Assembly: GCF_009914755.1 (NCBI RefSeq)
Contig: NC_060927.1
Length of the DNA: 64,000 bases
Source: the human T2T-CHM13v2.0 reference genome, Homo sapiens
Direction: 5' to 3' (one strand)
This document shows, in pieces, positions 41,064 to 54,850 of this stretch. The stretch's first letter is position 1. Each line of letters starts with the position of its first letter. The notes beneath the pieces are model-generated. The model did not search any database. It was not told the DNA's origin and saw nothing but the letters and a program-made list of their open reading frames with translations. A program made the translations under genes and the position numbers.

Positions 41064-44000
41064 TACACACATATTTATTTATGAGAATGTAATATATGAA
41101 ATATTTATACTGAAAAAGCAACCCAGGGAGAGCCCATTGAGTCTCCAAAACAACCAGGTAACAGTGTATTTACTTTTATAGTAAGAAAATATGTTAGAAT
41201 ACTTGTATAAACTGTTGATTCCTTTGTTTAATTCTTTGTTGACTATGTGTATACCAACTCCACCCCTCATACATTACCCTATCTCTACTTACTTCTGTGG
41301 AAATTAATATGACATAAAAATAAAAATGAGCCTGGTTTTGGTTTTGTGTCTCAAACCTCATGGAGAAAATGTCCTCAGATCCTAGAGATTTATACCCATA
41401 TATAATAAATAGTAGGAGTATAAAATGTTATATCTATTATTTTTCTTACTTTTCCAGAAAAAATAGTCTCTTAGAATGTGGCAAAAATAACATGGGGAAA
41501 ACGATAAGCTTCTAAAAGCAAATAGGGTCCTGAAAAGAGCCCAGTTTTGTGGATAGCTCCCAAGGCTTAGTAATAGGGTTAAAGGATGGGAAGCATCAAG
41601 TCTCTCAGATGGTTTGAGTTGCAAGGGCAAAGGAAACCTGAATGCAGGGCCACTGCTACCACATGTCAACTTCGTGTGAATTAGAAAACTGCTTTCTCTA
41701 GGAATATGAAGGCAGCTATCTTAGGGTAAACACAATGCTTTTCTACAAAGTAAAAGGAACATCTTCCCCTGTGCCAGAAAGGCTTGGCAAGCAGACTGCT
41801 CAGGGTGAATTTCAGCATCCATCCACTCTCTTAACTGAGCACTTTTGGATAATGCAAAAGCTACGCAAAGCTATGCAGCTATCTCACCTGTAGTCTGACT
41901 GGAGACCTAGCCGAATTGAAAGGACCCAGCAGATGCAACAGATACATTTTCTTAGACATTCATAAAGTTTTTCATGTCCCAGAGTGGACTTGGAGTAGCC
42001 AAATGAGTTCCATGCAACTAGGAGTAATAGGGACATAGCTTAGAGAGTCATCATACCTTTATAAAGAATAAAGGATGGATTGGTTGCGATGCGAATGAAT
42101 AGACAATTGAACACAAGATGAAATATGTCGCTGCTGAAGCTAGTGTTAACAGACAACATTGAGACCAGATCTCTCTGATCACAACACTGAGATTAAATAT
42201 CCCTAACATCACCTCCACCATCACCAACAATAACAAAATCTTATTACAAGCAGAGCCATAACCCTGGAGAAGAGTGAGGACATTGTTGAAATTAAAAAGA
42301 AGATAATATTTCTGACAAAATAGAAACCTGAAATCAAAATTGAGTTTTAAAAAATATTATATGTCCTGCACCTAAGTTTGTGGAATGAAAGATATATATT
42401 TGCTGACTTTGAATAGCAAATATCATTGTCACCTTTAATAATAACCATGCCCTGACGAGAATTCTATAATCTCCTGGAAATCACTCTGCTTATTTTACAT
42501 TTCTACCTCATAACAAAGGAATACCTGAAGTATGAAATATAGTTAAGCACAATATTTAAGACTATATGGTATAGCTTTGTAAGGATAAACAGCATAGCAC
42601 TGGTATTAACCTGGACAAATTTTGAAAAAAAGAATACTGAGTGACGTGATAGATTTTAATTTTAGTCCAAAGCATTTTGAAATTTATTGACAATTTAACC
42701 TTCAAGACTTCACAATTTGCAGGACCATTCTGTTCAACTTTTGCTTGATTATCCAACGATCAATGTTTACTTTTCTCTATGAACATTAAAGAACTAACAT
42801 TGACAGTAGTCACTTTCCTAACTCAGTGAGGTTTATTTTAATACCTTCTGCCTCATGCATCCCAATGCCTCCTAATGCAGTCTGTTGTTAATCCTCACCT
42901 CATCTGATCCTAATGTCACCATTCATGAATCATCATCGTTTTCTTCATCTCTGAGGCATCCAATCTTGTGGTACAGAATTTTTCAAGTGTATTATAAAGG
43001 CTCCATTTTTTTTAACCTCTATTAGAAGAACAGCTAATCACAATCATTATCTTTATAAGTTAAGCTTGCCCTACCCCAGCAATATTAATAAGAAATCACT
43101 GTTAGACCACACAACCTAAAGAATCAAGAGAAACTATTGTATTTTATGATTCTGAGGGGTTTATTTTTTACTAAACTTATCAAAGTCAAGCTCCTTTCCT
43201 AGAACTCAGAACAATGGTAAACCCAGAGTAAAAAAATCACCCAAGCTTCTAAAATTCCATTAATGCTTTCACAAGCTCTGTCTATATAACTAATTCTTTA
43301 TAATATTAACTTTTCTATGTGTTAATATATTAGAGTTACTATATTAGAGCTAATATATAGAGAGTTAATATATTATTTATATCCCACTTTTAGAAATCAG
43401 GGCCAAATATAAAGGTAATTATACTAATTTTAGTTGTTATTAAAAGTCAAATTCTAAAATATTTGGCTTAAATAATGAAGACATATATTTCTGAAGCATT
43501 AAGAAACTTGCTGAAAAATCTTCCTGGTTATATATTCTATACGATTAATCTATAAGAGAGTTGTTTATTCCACTAATGAACACAGAAAGTCAGCAGATGT
43601 CTAGAACCAATTTGGCAGCTGCTGAACTTTATATCCATAATCCAAGAAGCCATTAGTTGAAAATAACTTTTAGAAACTCAAATGTCACAATTCTGCCAAT
43701 GCTTCATCCATAGGAAACCTAGAATTGGAAGATCATATTGCCGTACAATGTTTCTCCCTAAAAATCAGCTTAAAATATTGGTTAAGCACTACCTGAAATA
43801 TTCACATAGAATCATCAGTATCATAGTTAAACATATTTAAATTTTGCCAACATTCTTAAACTTAATATATCAAATTTTAAATGTGTGTATCAGCTCTTTT
43901 AGAGACTGGAGCTGTGAGAGGCAGAGAATAAATATTGCAGATTACAGCTTTGTAGGCCTTATCATAATCAGGTTTTCTATGGAATCCACAGTTTATCAAG

Positions 44001-45597
44001 CTATGGCCAATTGATGCCATCGACCCTGAATTTTCTGCTTCTGATCCAAACTTAACCTGTAATTTGTTTTACTGCTTTGGAAGACTTTTTTGTTGTTTTA
44101 ATACATAATATTTTACATATTTATGGGTTATGTGGTAGTATTTACAAGCATAGAATGTGTGATGATCAAGTTAGGGTATTTGTAGTATCCCTCACTATGA
44201 GTATTTATTATTTAAGTATGTTGGTTACATTTTAAGTCCTCTCTTTTACCTGCTTTGAAATATACAATATATTGTTACTAACTATAGCCACTCTAGCCTG
44301 CCATCAATTTTTAGAACTTATTTCTTCTCTCTAACTGTATGTTGTACTCATTAAACAATCTCTCTTCATCCCCCTCTTATCCACACCACCTTTCCAGCCT
44401 CTGGTATCTATCATTCTATTCTCCATCTCCATGAGATCAAGTACTTTATCTCCTACTAAAAGTGATAACATGCAGTATTTTATTTTTCTTGCCTTTTTGT
44501 GCCTGGCTTATTTAACTTAATATAATGACGTCCAGTTCCATCCACGTTGCTGCAAATGACATAATTTTATTCTTTTTTATGGCCAAATAGTATTCCATGG
44601 TGTATATATTCTACATTTTCTTTATTCATTCTTGCATTGATGGACATAATGGTTGATTTCATCATTGCCATTGTGAATAGTGCTGCTAATGATAAACCAA
44701 TAATAAACATGGTAGTGCATTTATCCTTTGATATACTGATTTATTTTCCTTTGGGTAAATTCCAGTAGTGGGATTGCTGGATTGTATGATAATTCTATTT
44801 TACATTTTTGGGGAAATCTCCATAGTGTTTTACATAATGGTTGGACCAGTTTATATTCCCACCCATAGTATACAAGAGAGACATTTTTTCCACATCCTCA
44901 TCAGTGTCTGTTATTTTTGTCTTTTTAATAATAGCCATTCTAACTGCAGTAAGATTATATTTCATCAAGATTTTGATTTGTTTCTCTGATGATTAGTAAT
45001 ATTGAGCATTTTTTCATATATCTGTTGCCCATTTATACAACTTTTTTGGAGAAATGTCTGTTTATATCCTTTGTCTACTTTTAAATGAGATTATTTGTTT
45101 TTTTACTGTTAAGTTTCACGTATTTTTTTATATTAGTACATTGTTGGAAGAATGGTATGCAAATGCTTTCTCCCATTTGACAGATTGTCTTCTCACTCTG
45201 TTGATTATTTCCTTTGCTAAGCAGAAGCTTTTTAGCTTAATGCAGGCCTTATATGTAGGTCTTATTCATGAAATCTTTGTCCAAACCAATATCCTGGATT
45301 GTTTTATTGTTTTTCCTATGTTTTCTTCTAGTAGTTTTATACTTACAGGTCTTATGTTTAAGTCTTTATCTTAGGTTGATGTTTATAAATGGTGAGAGAT
45401 AGGGGTCAAATTTCATTCTTCTGCATGTGGAAATCTAATTTTTCCAGCACTATTTATTTAAAACTGTGTCATTTCCGCAGTGCATTTTTTTTTTTTTGGT
45501 GTCTTTGCAAAAATCAGTTTGGTATAAATACATGAATTTATTTCTATTTTTTTTCCATTTGTCTATATATCTATTTTTATGTTAATATCATGCTGTT

Positions 45598-45985
<388 letters not shown>

Positions 45986-47147
45986 CCATGCTGTTTTGGT
46001 TGCTATAGCCATTTAACATATTTTGGAGTCAGATAGTGTGGTATTTCCAGTTTAGTTTTATTTGCTCAAAATTGCTTTGGCTATTTGGGCTCATTTTGGT
46101 TCCATTTACATTTGGGGATTGATTTTTCTCATTCCATGAAAAATGACATGGTATTTTGATAGGGGTTGCATTGAATCTGAAAATTGGTTTGAGCAGTATG
46201 GTCATTTTAACAATATTAATTCTTTTGATTCATGTGCATGAGATGTCTTTCCCACGCTCATGGATCAAAAAAATGAATGTCAAAATGGGATGTCTTTCCG
46301 TTTGTTTCAGTCTTCTTCAATTTCTTCCATTAGTATTTGTAGTTTTCTTTGCAGAAATCTTTTATGTCCATGGTTAAATTTATTCCTAGGCATTTTTTTT
46401 TGGTGGCTATTGTAAATGTGATTACCTTCTTGATTTCTTTCTCAACCAGTTCATTGTTGGTGTATAAAAATGCTACTGAATTTATCAGATCTAACTTTTT
46501 TTTTTTTGGTGGAGTCCTTAGGTGAGTCTAAAAGAATATTATATAATCAGCAAAGAGTGACCATTTGACTTCCTGTTTTCCAATTTGGATGCCTTTTATT
46601 TCTTTCTCTTGCCTGACTGCTCTGGCTAGGACTCCTAGTACTATGATATATCATGTTTATTGATTTACATATGTTGAACGGTACTTGTATCCCTGGGATT
46701 AATCCCACTTAATCATGCTGTATGTTTTTTAAATATGCTGTTGGATTTGGTTTGCTATTATTTTGTTGAGAATTTTTGTGAATTTTTTTGTCTAGGTTTA
46801 TCAGAGATATTGGTATGCCGTTTTCTTTGTGTGTTGTATCCTTGTCTGGTTTTGATATTAGTCTAATGCTGGGCTCACAGAATGTCTGAGGAAACTCTCT
46901 CTTCTATTTTTTTTAGAATAATTTGAGGAAAACTGATGTTAGTTATTCTTTGAAAGTTTGGTAGTATTTGGCAGTAAAGTCATCCAGTCCCCTTTTCTCT
47001 GTCAGGAATTTTTTTTTAATTTCTTTGATCTCATTATTTGTTCTTGGTCTTTTCAGGCTTTCTATTTCTTCCTGATTCAATCTAGGTAGTTGTATAGAAA
47101 TAGAAAAATGTTCAGAAATTTATCTGTTTCTTCTAGGTTTTCCAATT

Positions 47148-47303
47148 AGTTGATGCGTAGTTACTCACAATAGTCTTTAGTGATCTTTTTTTAATTCTGT
47201 GGTACCAGTTATAATGTCAAACCTAGAAGTTGATGCATAGTTTAGTTACTCACAATAGTCTTTAGTGATCTTTTTTTAATTCTGTGGTACCAGTTATAAT
47301 GTC
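47148..47303. repeat. ~71-bp tandem duplication with an inverted templated insert
   Basis: 47148-47218 is repeated at 47228-47303. The spacer AAACCTAGAAG is the reverse complement of CTTCTAGGTTT at 47130-47140. Confidence 0.92.
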
Positions 47304-47529
47304 TTATTTCTTGTCTTTGATTTTATTTATTTGATTCTTTTCTATTTTTTTCTTAGTCTAGCTCAAAGATTGTCAGTTTTGTTTGTTTTCTCAAAAACAC
47401 AACTTTTTATCTTTTTGATCTCTTGTATTTTTTCAGTCTCAATTTCATTTAGTTCTACACTGATCTTTAGCATTTACTTCCTTCTGTTAATTTTTGGTTT
47501 GGTTTTTTCTTGCTATTCTAGTCCCTTAA

Positions 47530-47850
<321 letters not shown>

Positions 47851-50800
47851 GGTATGTTATGTTTTGATTTTTTCATTTGTTTCAAGAACTTTTGTGATTT
47901 CCTTCTTAATATCTTCCTTGACCCAAAGGTCACTTAGAAGCATGTTTAATTTTCATGTATTTCTACAGTTTCTAAAGTGTCTCTTATTATTTATTTCTAG
48001 TTTTATTTCACCATGGCCCAAGAAGATACTTGATATAATTTTGATTTTTTAAAATTTTTTGAGATTTATGTGTCCTGACATATAGTCTATCCTGGAGAAT
48101 GTTCCATGTGCCAATGAAAAAATTGTGTATTCTGTAGCTATTGGATGAAATGTTATATAAATGCCTGTTTGGTCCATTTGATCTAAATATATAAATCCAA
48201 TGTTTCTTTTTTAATTTTCGGTCTCAATGATATATCTAATGCTGAGATTGGAGTGTTGAAGTCCCCAGCTATTATTGTATGGAATCCTATTTCTCCCTTT
48301 AAATCTAATAACATTTTCTTTATATATCTGAGTACTCTGGTGTTGGATGCATATATGTTTAGGATTGTTAAATCCTCTTGTTGAATTGATCCCTTTATCA
48401 TCACATAATGATCTTGTCTTTTTTTTTTTACTGTTTTTGATAGAAGTTGTATATTTTTTTCTGATATAAATATAGCTGCTTCTGCTCCCTTTGGGGTTTT
48501 GTTTTGTTTTGTTTTTTGTTTGTTTGTATTTTTGGACTATCTTGTTCCATTCCTCTACTTTCAGTCTATGTGTGTCTTTACAGGTGAGATGAGATTCTTA
48601 TAGGCATTCTATAGTTGGTCCATTTTTCTCATACATTATTCAGTCAGCATATATCTTTCAAGTGCAAAATTTAACCCATTTACATTAACGGTTACTATTG
48701 ATATGTGAAGATTTATTCCTGTCATTTTATTAAATTATTTTTTATTGGTTTGCATGTCCTCTGTTCCTTCATTTCTCTCTTATTGTTTATCATTGTTGTT
48801 TGGTGGTTTTCTGTCATGGTAACACTTGCATCTTTACACTTTCTTGCTTGTGTGTTTTCTCTAGCAGTGGTTTTTATATTTTCCTTTGTTTTAATGGTAC
48901 TAAATATCATTCTTTCACTTTCAGGTATGGCACTCCCTTAAGTATGGCTGATCAGAATGATGACTTCCCTTGGCTATTGCTTGTCTAGGAAATACTTTAT
49001 TTGTCTTTCATTTATGAATGATAATTTTGCTGGATATAGTACCCTTGGTTAATAGGGTTTTGTTTATATTTTATCGCTTCGAATGTGTCATTCCATTCTC
49101 TCCTGGCCTGTAAGGTTTCTGCTGAAAAGTCTGTTGTTAGTGTGATGAGGGATCCTTTATAGGTGACTAGATGCTTTTCTCTTGATGTTTTACATAATTT
49201 CTTTTTGTGTCTAACTTTTGGCAGTTTAAGTATAATGTACTATAGGGAGCCCTTTTTGTATTGAATCTGTTTGGGGATCACTGAGGCTCTTGTATATGGA
49301 TTTCTAAATCTCTTACTAGACATGGAAAGTTTTAACTTATCATTTTGTTCAATAGGTTTTCCAAATCTTTCATTTTCTCTTTGCCTCCTGGGATACTGAA
49401 AATTTGAATGTTTGGTCACTTTATGGTATCCAATATGTCATTTAGACTTTGGTCATTTTTTTTTCATTTTTCTCTATTTTTGTCTGACTAAGTTATTTCA
49501 AAAGAACTGTCTTCAAGTACGGAGATTCTTCTGCTTGATCCAGTCTATTGTTGAAGCTTTCAAATGTGTTTTGCATTTCATTTAAATTATTAATTTCCTG
49601 AAGTGTGTTTGGTTCTTTGTTGTGATAGCTGTTTGGCAAATTTCTCATTCATATGCTGAATTTTTTCTGATTTCTTTGTATTGTTGTTCAGTATTCTCTT
49701 GTATTTTGCTGAGTTTATTTAAAATTAGCATTTTGAATTCTTTTTCTGGGATTTTACAAATTTGTTTTTGATTGAGATCTGTTGCTAGAGAATTAATGCA
49801 TTCCTTTGTAGGTGTCATATATTTTCTTGCTTTTTGATGTTTCCCTTATACTTATGTTGATATCTGCACATCTGCTGTAATAATCACTTCTATTTTTTTT
49901 GAGTTTGCTTTCATAAGAAAGGATTTTCTCCTGAAGATGTATCTATGTTACTGGTTGGGTAGGGCACTTTGGCTTTGAAACTGAGTGCATGTAGGGGGGC
50001 AATGTCTGTGTGATTTCTTTGGCTATAAACAGTGTCCGTGGTGTCTGTGATTTCCTAGGTGGCTTAGGGTTTGGTTATTAATGGATGCTGTGGTGAAGTG
50101 TTCCTGGGTACTGGGATGCTGGATGACTCAGTTTTAAGGCTCCAGTGATGGTGGAAGTGGGTTGAGAGTGTGGCTATTCTTGGGCTCCAGCATGGTATAC
50201 ACTTGCACTAGTGTTAGCAGGTCCAGGCAGGCTGATTCTTGGGCCTCTACATAGCTTGCTTGAATGCCAGTAGTGGCAAAGTTGGGCTTAGCAAGTAGAT
50301 AGGTTCTCCATCCCCTGTACAGCCAACATGGTATAGGCAATGGCAATAGCATTAGCAGGACAACCCTCTGTGTCCTGAGAAGTGTGTGCTGGTATTGGTA
50401 GTGGCTGTGATGGACTGGATGGGCCAGTTTCCAGACTCACAGGTGGCATGTGCAAGTAGGTGCCAGTCATGGTGGTGGTGGCAGGGTGGGTAGGCCCAAC
50501 CTCAGGCCTCTGGGAGAAGTGCTCAGGTGTCAACAGTGGTAGACTGCACTGGCCAATCCCCAGTTCACCAAACTGTATGCTCTGGCACAACAGCAGTGAG
50601 GGACAAAGCTGGGATGGTAGGCTTGTCCTCAGGCCCCCCTAAGATAGGCAGGTGCCAGCCACGGTAGGCAGGGGCCAAGCAATCAATCCACAGGCCTGCA
50701 GTGGAATGTTTGGGTAAGGGCTGTAGTAGCCTTGCTACAACCCTGCCATGGGGGAGGGTAGGCCTATCATCAGTGGTGGCTGCATAGGCCAGCAGGTGGG

Positions 50801-51857
50801 GAGCGCTTGCCATACTTGTGCCTCAGCACAGCAAGGGTAGCCTGTGCCTTGCTAAGACTCATGTCTTAGTCCTGGCACAGCTGGACCCCATGACAGTGAG
50901 CATCTGTTTGGGGCTGGGCTCTAAAATGGTGCCTTGCTGTAGCTGCTTAGGTCTTAGGGAATGTGTTGGACCACACACAAGCTCTTTCCTTCGAGCAGTG
51001 CCATCACACGGTTTCCTAGTAACTCCCTATGTTAGTTTCAGGGCCCCTGAGGGTTGATGGGCTCTCCTATGGCTAGGATTATGGGAGTCTATAGAGGGAA
51101 TGAGGACTGCTGGGGATCTCTCCCTTACCCTTTGTCTGCACTTGGGAGTTGCTCCCAGCTCCCATCCAAAAAGGCTGCCTCACTTCCCTGTCCTTCCTTG
51201 CCTCAGAAGTTCCCTGTCACTTTTCTCTTAAATTCCAGTGTTCTCTCTTGGATGATATGTTCAAGATGCACTTATCTATTCATTACTTTTGTTCTTCTTA
51301 GTGGAGGAGGTAAAGAACAGATGCGTCTAGTCAGCCATGTTGAAGCCCATCCCTTTGAATAATTCTTAGGAAAGGTTTAAACAATTTTCTGAGAAAAAAA
51401 TCTTGCTTCAAGAATCCTTTTGATCCAACCTGATAAAGAATAAGACAAGCCTCCACTTGAGAGATAACATATGTCAGAATTGTAAATTGTCATGGAAGAT
51501 GTTACCTCTACCATCTAATTTTAAATCATAGCAATAGTCAACAATGTAAAACATGGGACTACAGTTACTACTGTCAATTATAATATTGAATCTACTGAAA
51601 ACTGAAAACTGGTACTTGTCATAAACTCAAATGAGATATTTATTATTGGGAAAATGCTCTTTAAGGGTCTTTTTTTTTCTTTTTTTTTGCATTTTGTTAG
51701 AATTTTTGTACATATACTTAAGGCAACACAAAGCTGCTTACCTGACTGTATTAGAGTTATACAGCCATATCTTTTCTAAATTACAAAGTAACTATATGTC
51801 TTTGTTATCATTTAAGTAACTATATCAGAAATATCCATTTGAAGATGTATTCTGTAC

Positions 51858-52156
51858 TTTTTTTTTTTTTTTAACCTTGATCTCACTCTGTCATCCAGGC
51901 TTTGAGTGCAGTGATGTGATCACAACTGCTAGCTACAGCCTCGACCTCCTGGACTAACGTGATCCTTCGACCTCCGCCTCCTGTATAACTAAGACTACAG
52001 GCACATGTCATTATGCCTGGCTAATTTTTCAACTGCTTGTAGAGACAGGGTCTCGCTATGTTGACCAGGCTTGTCTATAACTTCTTGTCTCAAGCCATCC
52101 TCCCACCTTGGCCTCCCAAAGTGCTGACATTACAGAACTGAGCCACCATGCCAGCT
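51858..52156 (-). mobile_element. Alu (AluJ-like)
   Basis: Poly-T plus diverged antisense dimer. Confidence 0.9.
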
Positions 52157-53252
52157 ATGCCTCTTCATTCTGAAAAAGTTAATGAGGGCCTATTGAGTAG
52201 TCCACACACTGTGGAGGTGCTAGGAATAAAAAAATGAAAAAGACAAGGTCAGTTACCCCTATACAGCTTCAATATATTCTATAAATATACATATACATTT
52301 TAAAATATATAAATATATATTCTGGTATATTCATAATTGTGGAATGTCTGTCCCTGATACTATGGAAGTACAAAGAAGGTTTACTTTTAATACCATAACT
52401 GAATACAGTTTCAATTATGTTACCCAATATTCCTTATATGTACATGGGAATTACGTTTATTTCTCCTAGGAGTCATTGAATAGAAATTTATTTCATAGAG
52501 AAACTTTATGCTTTCTTTTACTGTATTATGAGAACGATGTAGCCTAAAGTAATTTATCTTTTTATTCTGATGTTAGTTCATTGGGGTAGCTCATAATAAG
52601 TGCTTGATACATTGTTATATCATCTCCAAATTAGTTTGTGGTGTTTACCTTGTAACTGCCTTGTTTTCCACATGTTTTTGAAATTGTGTAATTTTAAAGT
52701 AGCAAGAGCTAGAAAAATTAATCTATTTTAATCCTCTAAAGTTTTAGAGGAATTAATTTAGGGCTCAAGATTGTAAGTGATCTGACCAAGATATAGTTAC
52801 TTACAGAATTTAGATTTGAAATCAGGTCATCTGACTCTCAATACTGTGCTTTACTTACCCCACCTTACTAAAAGATGAAATGGAAAGAGTGACAAATCAG
52901 AAAAACAAATGAAGAAATGGAGGCAAAAAGGAAACAAAAAGAAGGGGAAATAAACAAGGTAGAAAATTAGGAAGGGTTCCAAATTTTACTTTTCCAAAAC
53001 TTAGATATAAATTTTTAAGGAATGCAATGGTAAAATCCTCACCTTAAAGTGAAAATACTATTCTCTTGGCAATTGGGGAAGTAAATAAACATAACCCCAA
53101 ATGCATATAAAATGTTAAAATGCAACAGAACATGTATCTTTCTTCAGGATATTGGCAATAATTTTGTTTTAAGTTGTAAACATGAACAAGTCTGTTCGTT
53201 CAGACACTTGGAAAATAATGAAAATAATTGTTGCCTCTTTTGTTATGTTTCC

Positions 53253-53616
53253 TGTATTAGTCCGTTCTCATGCTGTTATAAAGCACTGCCTAAGATTGGG
53301 TAATTTATAAATGAAAGAGGTTTAATTAGCTTACAGTGCTGCATGGCTGGAGAGGCCTCAGGAAACTTACAATCACGGCAGAAGGCACCTCTTCACGGGG
53401 ATGCAGGAGAGAGAATGAGTGCAAACAGGAGAAATGCCAGATGCTTATAAAACCATCAGACCTCATGAGACTCACTCATTACCACAAGAACAGCATGTGA
53501 GAAACTGCCCACCTGATCCAGTTATCTCCACCTGGTCCCACCCTTGACACATGGGGATCATGGGGATTCCAATTCAAGGTGAGATTTGGGTGGGGACACA
53601 GAACCAAACCATATCA
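53253..53616 (-). mobile_element. THE1D-like solo LTR
   Basis: TGTATTAGTCCGTTCTC...AAACCATATCA with a perfect TSD TTTCC (53248-53252, 53617-53621). Confidence 0.9.
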
Positions 53617-53949
53617 TTTCCTAAAACAGACTGATGTTTTAAGATGTAAATGCTAACCTTACAGCTGAGGCCTATACACTAGTAGCCCTGTTAACATCTA
53701 GCTCAGGATGGGTTCTTAATTTATGAGGAGAAAAATTTATTAATAAATATAATTTTAATTTCTCCCTAAAATATGTATAAACTTGTAAACATATTATTGT
53801 ATTTTTGTGCCTATGATTTGTAAAGTTAGGGAAGCAGCATCATTGGCTTAAAATTAACTAATGTTAAACCTGCTACATATGTCATATTTGTTTGACCAAC
53901 ATAGACTGTCTCAATGTTATATCTGTCAGTGTTTGGAGGAAAAATTCTA

Positions 53950-54535
53950 TGTGTTGGATACCAAACTATGCTCATCGAGAATTGTTGCAGTTTTCTAATG
54001 CTGAACAGCAAACCATTAAGAAATTAGAAACTTGAAACAGCAGTTTATTATTCTTTCAAATTATTGAAACAACAGTTTGTTTTTACCTATGGTTCTATGG
54101 GTTGAGTGGGCTCTATTGGCTAATTTGTTCTAGGGCCTCTCATGTGGCTGAGGCTGGAATCAGATCAACTGACTGATCAACTAATATGGCTCACTCACAT
54201 GGCTGTTGGTTGATGCTGTTAGTTCAGAGCTCACCTGGAGCTGTCAACCAGCATACCTACAATGGCCTCCCCATGTGGCTTGACCTTCTTGTAGCATGGT
54301 GACCATGTCCCAACAGGCAGAATCCTAATCATTCCAAGAGACCCAGGAAGAACTTGAAAGACTTCTTATGACCTTAGGTTTTGATGTCCTGGAATATCCT
54401 TTCCACAGAATTCTGATAGTCCGAACAAGTGCTAATGCCAGTCTAGATTCAAGGGGATGAGGAATTAAACTCCACTTTGTGATATGAGGAAAAGCATGTG
54501 TATTCCAGGAAGAAGAAATTAATGGCATATCTCAG
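53950..54535 (-). mobile_element. MLT1J/K-like ancient LTR
   Basis: aaacaacag...ggttctatgggt; ggctcactcacatggctg; cctccccatgtggctt; ctagattcaagggga...ctccact. Confidence 0.65.
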
Positions 54536-54850
54536 TAGATACTATGTTCTGAAAGGTCTACCCAAATTCTCACAAAGATAAAAACTAATCCCACAACTGC
54601 ATGGATATGGGCTAAGGGGGAAACATCAATCCAAAACATTCTTAAATAAGTAGTTTTGGGTCTGTTGAAGTTTGCAAATAAAATTGTAACTTAGATTAAT
54701 CACCACTAATAAGTTTCTTTCTATCGAATGCAGTAACGATGCATTTACCCTTTATATTTTGAAAATGAATTGTTACAATCTGTTTACTTTCACTTTAAAG
54801 AACCTTAATATTGTTTTTATTTATAGAAGTGAAAAAATCAATCTATTACG

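Noticed and set aside
41480-42300. Moderately GC-richer stretch that I could not assign
   Set aside because: No convincing ORF, RNA fold or repeat terminus. It may be an ancient LTR, but I cannot support a call without a Dfam search.
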